Source of the DNA: Eledone cirrhosa
Lineage: Eukaryota
Length of the DNA stretch: 64,000 nucleotides
Assembly: GCA_964016885.1 (NCBI GenBank)
Contig: OZ024748.1
Span: 6,138,001 to 6,202,000 of the forward strand
Direction: 5' to 3'
Part shown: positions 14,174 to 29,249 of the stretch, piece by piece
Numbering within the stretch: the stretch's first letter is position 1
Layout of the letters: each line of letters starts with the position of its first letter
Translations under genes and position numbers: made by a program
Notes under the pieces: generated by a model
Seen by the model: only the letters and a program-made list of their open reading frames with translations
Database searches by the model: none
Told to the model about the DNA's origin: nothing

Positions 14174-14827
14174 ATACTATGGTACTATGCTACGTTGTAT
14201 ATAAATCAACTATAATATACTATACACCATCCTGTAGTATTATATTATCTCTCAAAACTCTTGATAGATTCAGCAGAAAACCTCTAAATATTGGACTAAT
14301 CAGTTTAGTTGACAAAAGTTAACGTTATTATCAATAACATCTCTCGGTATCAAAAATGTAATTTCTTTTAATATTTCTATGTTCTAAACAGAAACAATAA
14401 CTTCAACAACCTGAACATGGAACGTGAATAGAAATATAAACTGGTTCAATCCACCATTCAGCGTGATAACAGGAATATTCTATAGTACGAAACATTCCCA
14501 ACATAAATGCATCATACTTAACAACAATAACAAGGTTAACCTTAGCTATACCTGGCTGAATAACATGACTAAGCATATACCTGTGTCTTTGTCTGTGTCT
14601 GTGTGTGTGTGATGTTTGGTGATGTTTTCGAATGTGATTATGTATGTTATTTGTGCATGTGTATGTTTTGTGAGAGTGTATGTGTATTTATGTGTGTGTG
14701 TCTGTGTGTATGTGTATGTGTCTCTGTGCGAGCAATGGACAAAACGATTATCAACTAAGTTGACGTCCATTAGTAGTTTAATGACTAGTAATCAAAACTA
14801 TCACTTAGATAATGAACCTATTTTCTT

Positions 14828-14889
<62 letters not shown>

Positions 14890-14894
<5 letters not shown>

Positions 14895-14941
14895 AATATA
14901 GAAGAGATTCTACAGGACTAGAACTGTTTCATTCATTAGAA

Positions 14942-14946
<5 letters not shown>
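14890..14946 (-). mobile_element. Fragment of fold-back family A2 (3' half of a hammerhead)
   Basis: Reverse complement TGATTTCTAATGAATGAAACAGTTCTAGTCCTGTAGAATCTC matches 42620-42661. Confidence 0.6.
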
Positions 14947-14989
<43 letters not shown>

Positions 14990-15181
14990 CTCCTTTGTAT
15001 CCATCTTCCTCCACCTCTAAACTTCACCATCCTACCTCTCTGTCTCACTCTGAGACATGTTATAATATAAATATACACTACCGGATAGATATAACCAACA
15101 CAAAACAACAACAGGACAACATATCATATAAATCACACACTACACACAAACACAACAGCTACACAACACACTACACACTCA

Positions 15182-15213
<32 letters not shown>

Positions 15214-15529
15214 CATTCGACAAATGTACTATAGACTTTTTTCTAATAGTAACACCACTTAGCAAAGTTAACATGTAAACAAGAATATATTTTTCTTTGC
15301 TTGTGTATAAGAGTGTCAGTGTGTATCCGCCTGTCTGTCTCTGTATGTATTGGTTTCTATCTTCTTTTTCTATGTGTGTGGGGAGCGAGAAGGTGGTATA
15401 CTAGAAAAAACAAACACAGAAACGACGTTAAAAAACAAATAAAGTCAGAATTAACAACGATGTCCACCATTATTAATCATGTGAAGGAGAAGAAAACAAC
15501 GAAGACTAAACTATGAAACACACACACGC

Positions 15530-15606
<77 letters not shown>

Positions 15607-15644
15607 AATCTATATATATATGTGTGTGTGTATATACATATATG

Positions 15645-15772
<128 letters not shown>

Positions 15773-15799
15773 CGTGTGTGTGTATATATTTATATATAT

Positions 15800-15897
<98 letters not shown>

Positions 15898-16023
15898 GTG
15901 TGTGTGTGTAAGTGGTGGTCAAAACATTTCCCTCAAAAAGCAAAATGGAGACATCTCCCCAAGAATAATTCTACCACTACACGCGTAAATACAATGGATA
16001 TGCATATATAAATATATAAATAT

Positions 16024-16093
<70 letters not shown>

Positions 16094-16526
16094 GTGTGTG
16101 TGTGTGTATTTATGTGTGTGTGTATATGTATGCCTCAATATATATATATATGTATATGAATATGTGCGTGTGTATTTATGTATGTATTCAAACATACATT
16201 CATAAAAATCTATTTGCATTTTCAATGTTGTTTATCTGTTGATTTCTCTAATGTCTCCTACATGTAATCTCTTGTGTTCTCTTCTCAGTCGTGTCTTCTT
16301 TATTGTTGGCAATTTCTATATAACTTGCTTTTCCCACATGTATTGACGTTTCAAATTCGCGTGACTTCATTATCAAGTGTTCTCGCTATAGACCAACGAA
16401 TCTTATGCGTGATAATATATATATATATATTCACACATACGCACGCACACAAACACACACATACATATATACATATATACATATATATATATACATATAT
16501 CTATATATATAATATATATACATATA

Positions 16527-16669
<143 letters not shown>

Positions 16670-17234
16670 GAATATTCTTTCGTGTATATGTTGCTACTCG
16701 ATATTGTTAAATTGCCACAGTGTTGATTAGATTGTTATTATTACAGAAAAGTTTTGTTTTTTTCCAATTTTAGAAATATGTTGTTATAATGATTGTTGCT
16801 GTCGTTGTTGCTGTCGTTGTTTCTGTAGTTACTGCTGTTCTTGCTGTTATCGTTCTTGTTTTTTTACATCATTATTTTACCCAGTTCAAATTTCCTTAGC
16901 ATAAAAACATGTCCTTTATTTCCCTGCGATATTACGTACGGCTATATAATACAACGTGTCCTTCCCTTTTCAAGAACTTAGGTAGAGATTAAATGGAGAT
17001 TCCGCTTGTCATTTCTAGTATTTCTGCAGTTGATAGTGTCAATAATTATACTTCTCTAAGTCTCTTATTGCATAACTGGTGAAGAAAAATATTGTCAAAT
17101 CTTATTGTTTCCAACATCACCATATTCCTCTATAAGTTACATATGTAAAGCTACTGGAAGACTATCAGTGAGCATGAAGTGTTTTGTGTGAATGATAGCA
17201 AAATCTGCCAGTGAAGTAAAACAAATCGACAACA

Positions 17235-17490
17235 TTTCTGTGCTCTCCAACAGGCTTGCAGTCCCGCCTTTGGCAGTGGAGACTTCTGGTGTCCTTGGCC
17301 CCAGGGCTACTTACCCTCTCACCACCATAGGCGCTGAGCTTGCCAGCCGCAGGTGTGAGCCTCGCGAGTTGGAATGGCTCTTCCAGCGCATCTCCCTTAC
17401 CATCCTCCGGGGAAACGCCTTCTCCATTCTGTCCGCCGGGACTCTAGGTCGGCCAACACGTGAGGCCCCATTTGCTCACAATAAAGAGAG
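17235..17490 (+). mobile_element. CRE-clade-like non-LTR retrotransposon 3' fragment (RLE C-terminus)
   Basis: PLAVETSGVLGP..TIGAELASRRCEPRELEWLFQRISLTILRGNAFSIL resembles the P.AVET.G..G / FLFQRLS.A.QRGNA..I C-terminus of CRE-type elements. Confidence 0.7.
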
Positions 17491-18437
17491 ATGGAGAGGG
17501 CGAGAGAGATTGAGGCAATGACAGTGGGAGTTCGCCTCTTCCGTGTTCGGATACATTGCACCTGTCATTTAGATTATATGATATTTTACATTTCGGCTGG
17601 TAAGTTGATTCAAGTCCAGGAGTCACTGACTATATGATTCATCGAACCTTGCTTTGTCCCAAATATTACTGGATTGCTTCAACGTTTCTTGACGTGAAAA
17701 CTGGACATAAATCCTGGACATTATGCTGGTCCCTGAAGCTTGACCATAAGATTTTGACGTGATAATTGGATCTTTCACTTTAAAGTTAGACGTAAAGCCT
17801 AGCCAGTTAGGATAGACGTTATGATAAAAAAATCAATGAAGTCTATACCATTATGTGTTCACGGAGTCCAAGTGTAAATAATTTAGTTTCAGTTTAGCAT
17901 ATTTATGCAATATAAAATGTAATATATGAAATATAAAAGCGTAGATCAAGTGGTTTGTTACTAACATATTAACAGAGAAAATCAACACCGGCTTGGTTAA
18001 CATTATTAAAACGTAACGATAATATGAATAATGTTTACATGAATGATTTCTTATCGACTTGGAAATAATTGAATTCTTAATAATAATAATGTTTATCATA
18101 ATGAATTTAAAATTGAACAGTAAAATGGTTGGCATTTACTATTTCAAAATGAACACACAGAATCATATAAACAGGTGATAGTTTCTTCCTGAGGATACAT
18201 ACTTAACAGACTAAAATATTTTATATATAAAATTTAGGAAAAAGCCAATATTAAAACGTAATTTGTCGCTGAAATTTTGGTTGGCTTGGTAAAAGGACTT
18301 AGCCAAGCATGTGATTTTTTAATTTTTATTGTTTTTTTTTTTGCATATATTCATTAATGAATTCTCATTCATATGTCTGTTTGCTTTAAATTTATTACTG
18401 TTATTGTTGTTGTTGTTATTATCATTATTATTATCAT

Positions 18438-18492
18438 TAGTAGTAGTAGTAGTAGTAGTAGTAGTACTAGTAGTAGTAGTAGTAGTAGTAGA

Positions 18493-18566
<74 letters not shown>
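18438..18566. repeat. (TAG)n/(CAG)n trinucleotide microsatellite
   Basis: Direct reading. Confidence 0.95.
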
Positions 18567-18567
<1 letters not shown>

Positions 18568-18880
18568 TTATTATTGTTGATATTGCTGGTGTTATTTTCT
18601 ATTTTACAAAATAATTTCTTCACACTATATTACATTTTCCAATATGCAGTTTAGTCTATTTCTAGTTCAATGGAATTATTTAAATTAGAGAAAATTTGTT
18701 AATCAAAATCATATTAGGCAAACCGGTTGGTGAGCAGAAAATAAAATATAATATAAAATAAAATAAAATAAATTAATTATAAATATTATTTACAAACATC
18801 TGACATGTATTATTGGCAGAATCGGAAGAGCGTCGAACAAAATACTTTGCAGTATTTAGTTATGACCGGCGTTAGTAAAT

Positions 18881-18998
18881 AATTGTTTCTACTTTAGGCA
18901 CAAGGCCAGCAATTACCCAGTGTATTACTGGTACTTTATTTTATCGACCCCGTAAGGATGAAAGGCAAAGTTAACCTCGGCGGGATTTGAACTCAGAT
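18881..18998 (-). mobile_element. 5'-truncated tRNA-derived SINE
   Basis: Matches the SINE consensus from the B-box to the 3' tail. Confidence 0.8.
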
Positions 18999-20011
18999 CA
19001 TAAATAATAACCTTTGATATTATTTTGCCTTTCCTCCTTACTGGGTCAATAAATTAAAGCACCAGTTATGCCAAAAGTAGAAACAATTATTGAATCTAAA
19101 TTTATAAAACTTGTAAATATGTAGTTATAAATACATATTTACGTTAATAACTTAACAGGTGAAATTTGTGTTAAATGAAAATAATTTATAGTAGGCCCTT
19201 TCATTTCCCTCCATTTCCGTTTTTAAATATTAATAAAGTTATGACAATTTCCTAAAAAAAAAAAAATTCTGTTTGATATATAAATATATTATATATATGT
19301 GTAATTAATTTATAATATATTATTGTTTTTGTCCCAACATGTGTTCATAAGTTAGGTTCTCAAAGGGAGATAATATCTTTCGTCTTAACTTCCATTGTTG
19401 TTCTTATCTGTTTTATAGTCTAACAAGAGTAAGACAGCAAGGCAATAGAAACAGAGAATGAGTGTTAGAGGGGAGGAAATGGCAATGGTTAGAGAATGAG
19501 AGGATGAGAGAGAGAGAGAGTGGGAGAGAGAGAGGGAGAGAGAGAGAGAGGGGGGGAGAGGGGGAGAGAGAGAGAGAGAAAATAAAACGACGATGAGTTA
19601 TGAGTAATATTTATTTCATTGTTACTAACACCATATATAAGATAAGAGTGAGTGTGCGTGATTGTACGTAAGTATGCGGGTACGTTTGTGTGTGAACATG
19701 CGTGAGTGTGTGTGTGTGTGTATGCATGTGTGTGTCTGTGTGTATGTGTCTATGTGTGTGTGTGTGTGTGTGTGTGTGCGTCTGTGTGTTTGTGAGTAAA
19801 GACGGTTACCAATAAATCAAAAACCGTCTCAAAAACATCAGAAGCTCCACAGGCATTTGTGTTTATGTGAGACAGACAGACTGTCGAATAAATCTATTGC
19901 TATTTAATGATTCCACAAGAAGATTGATTCCACAAGAAGATGGAAGTTTGATGGACTCTGTACTGCCATAGTTTCGGTTTCGATATCATGTTTGGCAAAC
20001 GAACCGTCATG

Positions 20012-20047
<36 letters not shown>

Positions 20048-20086
20048 TATATATATATATATGTACATTTATATATATATATATAC

Positions 20087-20175
<89 letters not shown>

Positions 20176-20192
20176 TTTATATATATATGTAC

Positions 20193-20241
<49 letters not shown>

Positions 20242-20279
20242 CATATATACATACATACGTACACACACACACATATATA

Positions 20280-20313
<34 letters not shown>

Positions 20314-20565
20314 GATGCTTCGCTTTGATAGACACTGATGTAATGGAAGCTCTCTTGGAATACCAATTACTGAAGAATTATATAACAGCAATTATATTAC
20401 CTGCTTCTGTATGTATGTGTATATATATATTTATATATACACACTTCAGTAGGCAGTTATCTATCAACGCTTATATATACCCCACTCATATACCTAGAAA
20501 CTTATATGAATGTAGATATAGATAACGGGTATATTGACATTCTGTATGATTTAAATATATATGTA

Positions 20566-20611
<46 letters not shown>

Positions 20612-20637
20612 TATATATATAATATATATATATATAC

Positions 20638-20724
<87 letters not shown>

Positions 20725-20752
20725 ATCTATATTTAAATCATACAGAATGTCA

Positions 20753-20790
<38 letters not shown>

Positions 20791-20889
20791 ATATATGTGT
20801 GTGTGTATATATATATATGTGTATATATATTTATATATATGTATATATATATTCATACATGCATACATATATTTATGTATGTATATATT

Positions 20890-20924
<35 letters not shown>

Positions 20925-21232
20925 GTATATACCTATATACATATATAATTACATATAGAAATATAAATACACATTATGTGAGTAGCGTTTGTGTGTGTGC
21001 GTGTGTGTGTGTGTGTGTGTGTATCCCTGTGTGTGTATGTCTAGTATGTCTATATGTGTGTGTGTGTGATTGTGTATCTTAAATTTCACATCATTTATGC
21101 ATGAATAACTGTTGATGCACAGTTACAAGCAACTAATATAATAGCTGTTTGTTTGTGTTGGCCGTGACACGATTTCTATTCCATTTCCTTATAAAAACTA
21201 TATCCACTCAGATAGAAAGATCTGGAACGTCG

Positions 21233-21336
<104 letters not shown>

Positions 21337-21895
21337 AATATATATATATATATATATATAATGTTAGCTGTTCATTCAAAATATTGTTTCTATGACAGGT
21401 TAATAAGAATTGGTACCATTAATATTGCTGCCAGCCAACGTTAATCTGTCTTTATATTATTTTTTTTCTCTTTCTTCACTCCAAGAAATCAATGAATTCC
21501 ACTTTTCCATTAATGCAAATTATTCGCCACATTTCTTAATTACATTTTACTGATTTTCATATTATTGGACAGACCTTTAGAAATGTGTGCGTGTGTGTGT
21601 GTATGAGTGTGTTTTTGTGGATGGGTGTGTTTGTGGGTGGGTGTGTGAAGAGGAAAACATATTTATCTTTTGTTTGTTTATTTCTCTATTTATATATTTG
21701 TTTGTATATTTATCTTGTATAGTTGCCCTATATCTAATCAAGCACTATGGTACACATTTCTTCATGACAAGAAATATTTAATATTTGTTTTACTTTCCAG
21801 GACTTATATCTATTTAGTGTAATCAATATATTTACGGATAGTAATGATCAGTTAATAATAGTAATAATAATAAAACTAATAATAATAATAATGTT

Positions 21896-22498
21896 AATTC
21901 TACTATAGGCACAAGGCCAGCAATTAAATCGACACCAGTGCATTATTTATGCTTTATTTATCGATCCGATAAGGATGAGAGGCAAAGCTAACCGCAGCGG
22001 ATTTGAACTCAGAAGTTAAAGGACCATAACTCTATGCGGCAAATCAGGGTGTCGATTCTGCCCAATTCACCGCCATATAATAAGGATTTCTAGTATAGGC
22101 ACAATGCCAGTAATTTGGGGGGAGGGGAAAGTCGATGAAATCGACCTCAGTACGTTTCTGGTACTTTATTTTATCAACCCCCTAAGGATGAAAGGCAAAG
22201 TTAACTTCGGCGGGATTTGAACTCAGACCGTAAAGGATCGTAACTCTATGCTGCAAAGCAAGGCGTCCGACGCCCTACCGATACTGCCAACCCACCGCCC
22301 TATAATAATTGTTTCTACTTTGGGCACAAGGCCAGCAATTATAACAGTATATTACTGGTACTTTATTTGATCGATCCCGTAAGGATGAAAGGCAAAGTTA
22401 AACTCGGCGGGTTTTGAACTCAGACCGTGAAGGACCATAACTCTGTGCCACGTATCAGGGTGTCCGACGCTCTACTGATTTTGTCAATCCCCCGCCCC
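21896..22498 (-). mobile_element. Three head-to-tail copies of the tRNA-derived SINE (about 21896-22074, 22086-22300, 22307-22498)
   Basis: Each copy runs from GGCACAA(G/T)GCCAG to GGATTTGAACTCAGA / CCGCC. Copies are separated by short TATAATAA linkers. Confidence 0.85.
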
Positions 22499-22999
22499 TA
22501 TAATAATGTCAATAGTAGATGTGTCCACGTAGCCTGCGCCCTTATTCACCTCCAAGTAATATAATTTGACCAGCCAATATCTGTGTATGAATGGGAAAAA
22601 TCATATTTATGCAAGTGGAACGATGATTTTTTTTGCCACCATTTTAGATTTGGTATGAAACTTGTGAAATTGTCTGATATCCCAATGTTGGAATTCTTTA
22701 CAAACTAGAAAAAGGATTCATTGAAATCTCTATCACTGATTTGATTGGCTTACATTTTTCTTTCTTTTTTTTGTATTTATTCTTTTTTATGTATTCATAT
22801 TCTTTATTCTTATTTATTCTTATTTATTGATGTGTTTCTCATTTTCATTATTACTGCTGTGTTGTTAGTGGTGTTGTTGGTGTTGATGTTGATAGTGATG
22901 GTGATGTGGATGGTGAAATTGGTGGTGATGACGTTCTTTATAAATCTTAGCAAAGTTTATATTCATTTCAAACAAATAAATGGCGTTTATTTCATTATC

Positions 23000-23151
<152 letters not shown>

Positions 23152-23868
23152 CAAGGAGACAGAGAGAGAGAAACATACAGACACTAGATTTGTACTAAAC
23201 TAATTTTAGCGACCTCTTCACCTGAGGAATAAGGTGCTAAGAAGTATAAATTAATAAATATAACTAGACAACATAGGATGAAAACATCGTGGACTGAAAT
23301 ATTATCGGATTGTAAGGGAATAAAGGAACACGAGTAAATACAAATGAATAAAAGAATAATGGAATGAAGGAATAATTGTTTAAATGAAAGGCTTAGTAAA
23401 AAGATGGCTGACACAGAAGTTGAAGTGAGGTGAAAGATACTATTGATGACATGTTAAGCCGTTACTTTCACACTAATTGTGATCAAATCACAAACGGTGT
23501 AGAGAAATCAATGATGCAAATATGATAGATTAAGACATCGTTGAATAAATAACATATATTGGACGATAATATATATTTATGATTGTAGGTTCGTAAACTG
23601 TAGTATCTAATTCAAAGTGTTAGTCCGTCCTACCTAAAAATACCAACTAAAATCTTCCTCGATTAACACAATAGTTAAACACTGTCTCGGAGTGTTTTAA
23701 ATCAAGAGGATCGAGATGAAAATACAGTACAGAATGCAGATATGAATGTTAAAGTAAATATATACATCCGAAACGTTAATACTTTTTTTCCTACTGTATC
23801 GAGTGTAAAACTAATCATATATTTCTTAATTGTACTGTGTCGTTTCTTTTGTTATTTCTGTTTGCATT

Positions 23869-23915
<47 letters not shown>

Positions 23916-24057
23916 ATATATATATATATATGTACAAAACGAAACTTACGGTGATGACAATATATATATATCAGATGAAAGTTCGATATTCATTTAAATC
24001 GAAAAACATGTGACGAAAAAAGGAATATATATATATATATACATAAATGTATATATA

Positions 24058-24098
<41 letters not shown>

Positions 24099-24718
24099 GG
24101 AAATCAATATAATACGACCACATCATGACATGTAATACAATACTAAGTAAAGCTCTAGATAACACATGAAGACCATACAAACTCATTAATGAGCAGTGTA
24201 TTAATGGAATCCCGTGTACAATGGCAATTAATCATGAGATCATCTCCATCCTCATCACCATCACCACCACCACCACCACCACCACCACCACCACCACCAC
24301 CACCACCACCACTAGTATACAAGTATACTTATTCTTATATGCGTGCGTATGTGTTCGAGTGTATTCGTTGTGATTGTCTGTAATTGTCTTTGTATCTGTG
24401 TATATTTATTTGTCTGTGTGTGTGTGTGTATGAACTTGACACACAATCAATGCTGTCTCAATCAATAATTGGAGTAACCAAGAGGATCTTCCAAAGAGCC
24501 ACCCAGACAGTATAGCGATTCCACCCCCACCACTAACCATATATCTTCTATATATCAGTAAATAATAGTAAAAAAATTATGATACCCACGGGCTGGGACA
24601 TCAGATAGTATTTCACATAAAGATTCTAATTTTTTTCTTCTATTTTGTACTTACCAGTGTGTTTACGCAATTATCTATTTGAATTATATATATATATTAT
24701 ATATATATATTTGTATGC

Positions 24719-24778
<60 letters not shown>

Positions 24779-24779
24779 C

Positions 24780-24838
<59 letters not shown>

Positions 24839-25069
24839 CATTACTATCACAGAGGTCCGAGGAGCCATTGATTACAGAGTCGGGCTAGATCGAAGCAGAT
24901 CGAACCTTGAGCTTATCGATAGCGAAACGCGCGTCACCAACCAATAAACGTAATGAAGGAATAGCCATTCGTCCCTGTTTTATTATACTACACTCTGTCT
25001 AGCTCTACACCTAAACATCGAGTGTTCACCCGGGCGAACCTACAGTAACTCTTCGTTACACTCCCTGTG

Positions 25070-25398
25070 TATAGAGAGAGGGAGAAAATTAACCGATACC
25101 AGGACTTAAAGTGGGAGGTAAAAAGGATTTGGAACTGCCATGAAGTCAAAGTGATCCCTATCGTCATAAGCGCACTAGGTATTATCTCAAAAAGTTTCCA
25201 GGGATGGTTAAAGAAAATTGGCCCCGCTCCGCTTTTTGGAACACTTCAAAAGGCATGCTTGCTGGGAACGCAAGAACCCTCCGATACGTCCTGAATATCT
25301 GAGGCTGCAGGTAGTGGCTTGATATTCATTTCAACAAACTTTCCAGTTAACTAACATCAATCACTGAGACTCAAAGAACAATAATAATAATAATAATA
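25070..25398 (+). mobile_element. RLE-type (R4/Dong-like) non-LTR retrotransposon 3' end with (TAA)n tail
   Basis: EKINRYQDLKWEVKRIWN..VKVIPIVISALG..LQKACLLGT, with a frameshift into TLRYVLNI*. The 3' UTR ends in (TAA)n at about 25380-25398. Confidence 0.8.
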
Positions 25399-27671
25399 GT
25401 CGATCGACAAGATCTCAGACCTTATTTGCTTAACGAGTGGGGTGAACCTCGTGAAATCGGACCGATGAAACAATGTTTCCATTGGTTTTTCCAATTACTA
25501 ATACTAAGCATGGGGTTTATAGCTAATTTTCTTATCTATATTTACAAATAAATTTGTAAATTATATTCGTCATGTGTAAGTTTATAAATTCTTTCTATTG
25601 TATGATAGGCAAGAAGCAAATAAGTTTGTTAGAGCGACATAGTCAAAACTCAGTCACAATCATTACATATATGACACTATTTATTTTGTTCTATATTGAT
25701 CCCAGACCAATGAGATATAAAGTCAAAACCGGCGAGATTTCACCAGAGATCTGCGAGACAAAAAATATTATAGAAAGTAATAAATAAATGTTCTTATTAT
25801 GATAACAATATCTGTTTCAACACACAACTTTATATCGAAAACCTGCAAAAGAAATACATCACCACTTATAATAAATAAAGCATTTAGAAAACTTTCTAAA
25901 CACCATATCTCACACATCCACAAATTTAAACTTGTAAACTCGTCTTTAAAATGTTTCTCATTTTCTATGGCTCATATCTTCTTTAACAAATAAAATATTG
26001 TTGTCTTGTTTTTGATGAAACTACGCCAACTCTGTATGGTTTGATTGGTCAAATTTCTCTCCACAGAAGCCAGATATCGTGTTCATTGTTGGAACGGTAT
26101 CTTGTCTCAGATGGAATCATTCCAGCTTCCTCGTTGTAATTTGGCAAATGATTTATATACAAATAACATTTATATTTTATTTATTCGTATTTGGTTTCAT
26201 TTTCTTTTTTTTTATTATTAGTTTTCGAGCTTGTAAAAATAAATATTTTTGTATCTGTAATCTTATCTATTAGCGAATGCCATGGAAAACCGAGATAAAC
26301 TCCCAGTGAACCGAGTGAAAAATATATAAATAAATAAATGTTTTCTATTTTCACTTTGAATTGCTATTTGAAGCCCTTTCGAATCTAATATAATAACTAG
26401 ATGCTATTAAAAAAAGGGATGCATGTTACAACTTCTCTCATCGTCTCCTGATCCACAGAAAGCAATAAGGCAAATTATACAAAGATAAATAAAATCCAAG
26501 ATTCAAACACACCACCATTAGCACCACAATCTCCGTAACACAACCACTACCAACCTCACATCACCCTCACTAGTACTATAACTACCAGCAAAGGTACCAC
26601 CATGATCATACTATCACCAACACTACCGCAACCACCACTATCATGGATATACTTTTATCACCACTATCACTACAACCAACACCATGATACCACTATACCC
26701 CCAGCATCACAACCACTACTATTAATACCATCACCAAACAACCACCAACACCAGTATCAATACCATTACTTTAACTACCACAAAATTACCACTAAACTAC
26801 CACGATCTTCAACAACAACACCTCACCAAACAACCACCACACCACCACACTACCACACCACCACACCATCACACCATCACACCATCACACCATCACACCT
26901 TTATCACCAATAGAACCATCGTCTCGTTGCGTTATCATCCTCTGAAAGCCAGTCACAATTGGTAAGAACTTATTCCATGCCATATAGCGTTTCTTGGATA
27001 ACAACAACAGCAATAACAATAACAACATCACCACCACTAACAACAATAACAACATCACCACCATTAACAACAATAACAACAACAGCAACTGAAAAAACAA
27101 CAACATTGCAGCCAACAACATATCCACAACCAACATCACTACTATCCCCACCAACAACAACAACAATAACAACATCAACAACAACAACAATAAAATCAAC
27201 ACCAAAAAGAAAAAAAAACTTTAGCCTCGGCAACAAACAAACAAACAAAAACAACCAAAAAAAACAACAGCAACGACAACAATAACAATAAAAAAAACAA
27301 TAAACAGCAACAAAAAAACAAAACAATGTTACCACCGACACCATCACCACGACCACCACCACCACCGCCACCACCACCGCCGTCAACAACAACAACAACA
27401 TGACTGGAACCATCGATTTGCTTCCTAATGGATTTATTCTAGTAAAGGAGGCCGTGACGTTACCAAGGCAACCAATTGAGCAATACTACTGCTGGTTTTT
27501 CGGGACCATTTCACCGTTTTACTCCAAGTAACGGGTGAAAGATTTCGTATCTTACCAACAAATGTGGTATTTTATAGATACACACAAACACGCACACATC
27601 ACAGACACTTACACACACACACACACACACACACACACTGACACACACACACACACATTCCCGAACACACA

Positions 27672-27764
<93 letters not shown>

Positions 27765-27880
27765 CATATATATATATATATATATGTATGTATATATGTA
27801 TATATATATATGTATGTATATATCTATATATATATATATATATATAAATATATAAATATATATATATATGCATAAAGGTT

Positions 27881-27915
<35 letters not shown>

Positions 27916-28019
27916 ATATATGTGTGTGTGTGTATGTGTGTGAGTGTGTATGTATATATATATGTATGTATATATGTATATATATATATATAAATATATA
28001 TATATATATGCATAAAGAC

Positions 28020-28056
<37 letters not shown>

Positions 28057-28131
28057 CGTGTGTGTGAGTGTGTATGTATATATATGTATGTATATATATA
28101 TATATATAAATATATATATATATGCATAAAG

Positions 28132-28163
<32 letters not shown>

Positions 28164-28220
28164 GTGTGTGTGTGTCTGTGTATGTATGTGTGTGAGTGTG
28201 TATGTATATATATATATATG

Positions 28221-28256
<36 letters not shown>

Positions 28257-28761
28257 TATATATATGTGTGTGTGTGTGTGTATGTGTATGTGTGTATATA
28301 TATATATATGTGTATGTATATATGTATATACATGCAATGATGTTCCCCCCAAATACTATTCAACTGTTAAGAAAGTTTGTAAGTTTGTGTATCTGGCTCA
28401 TTAAAGTCTGCTGCAATATCATCATTGCTGTTGCTGATGTTGTTGTTATTGTTGTTACTGCTGCTGCAGTTTCTAAGGTGATCTAATGGTGAAAGGTGAT
28501 GCTAATAATAGCGAGAGAAGTGGTGGCATTTGCTATGATAAGTGGCAATGGCGTTTGGTATGTCTCTGATTGTATTGTTGGGGAGTGGTGTTGATAGAGG
28601 GTGGCGGGTCAGTGAAAGAATATTTTAGCAAAAACAGAATTCTTGTACAGTTATACAAAGACACAGACAAGTACACAGACACAGACACACACACAAATAT
28701 ATATATATATATATATATATACATACATATACTCACACATGCACACACAGATATACACATG

Positions 28762-28800
<39 letters not shown>

Positions 28801-28918
28801 TCACACATGGACACACAGTATACACATGTATATACATATATATATCCTCACACATGCACACACAGTATATACATGTGTATATATATAAATATATATATAT
28901 ACATATTTATATATACGT

Positions 28919-28978
<60 letters not shown>

Positions 28979-29130
28979 GAGATGGCGAAATGAAGAGACA
29001 ACTGTTTTTTTTCTTTTTTCGAAGAAATATATTTTGCTTCTACCCCTGCACATTGTGTTTTATCTCTCTCTTTCTTCTTTAATTTATCATTCTATATTCT
29101 GAAGAAGGACTAGCGTCGATATATAGCGTG

Positions 29131-29249
<119 letters not shown>

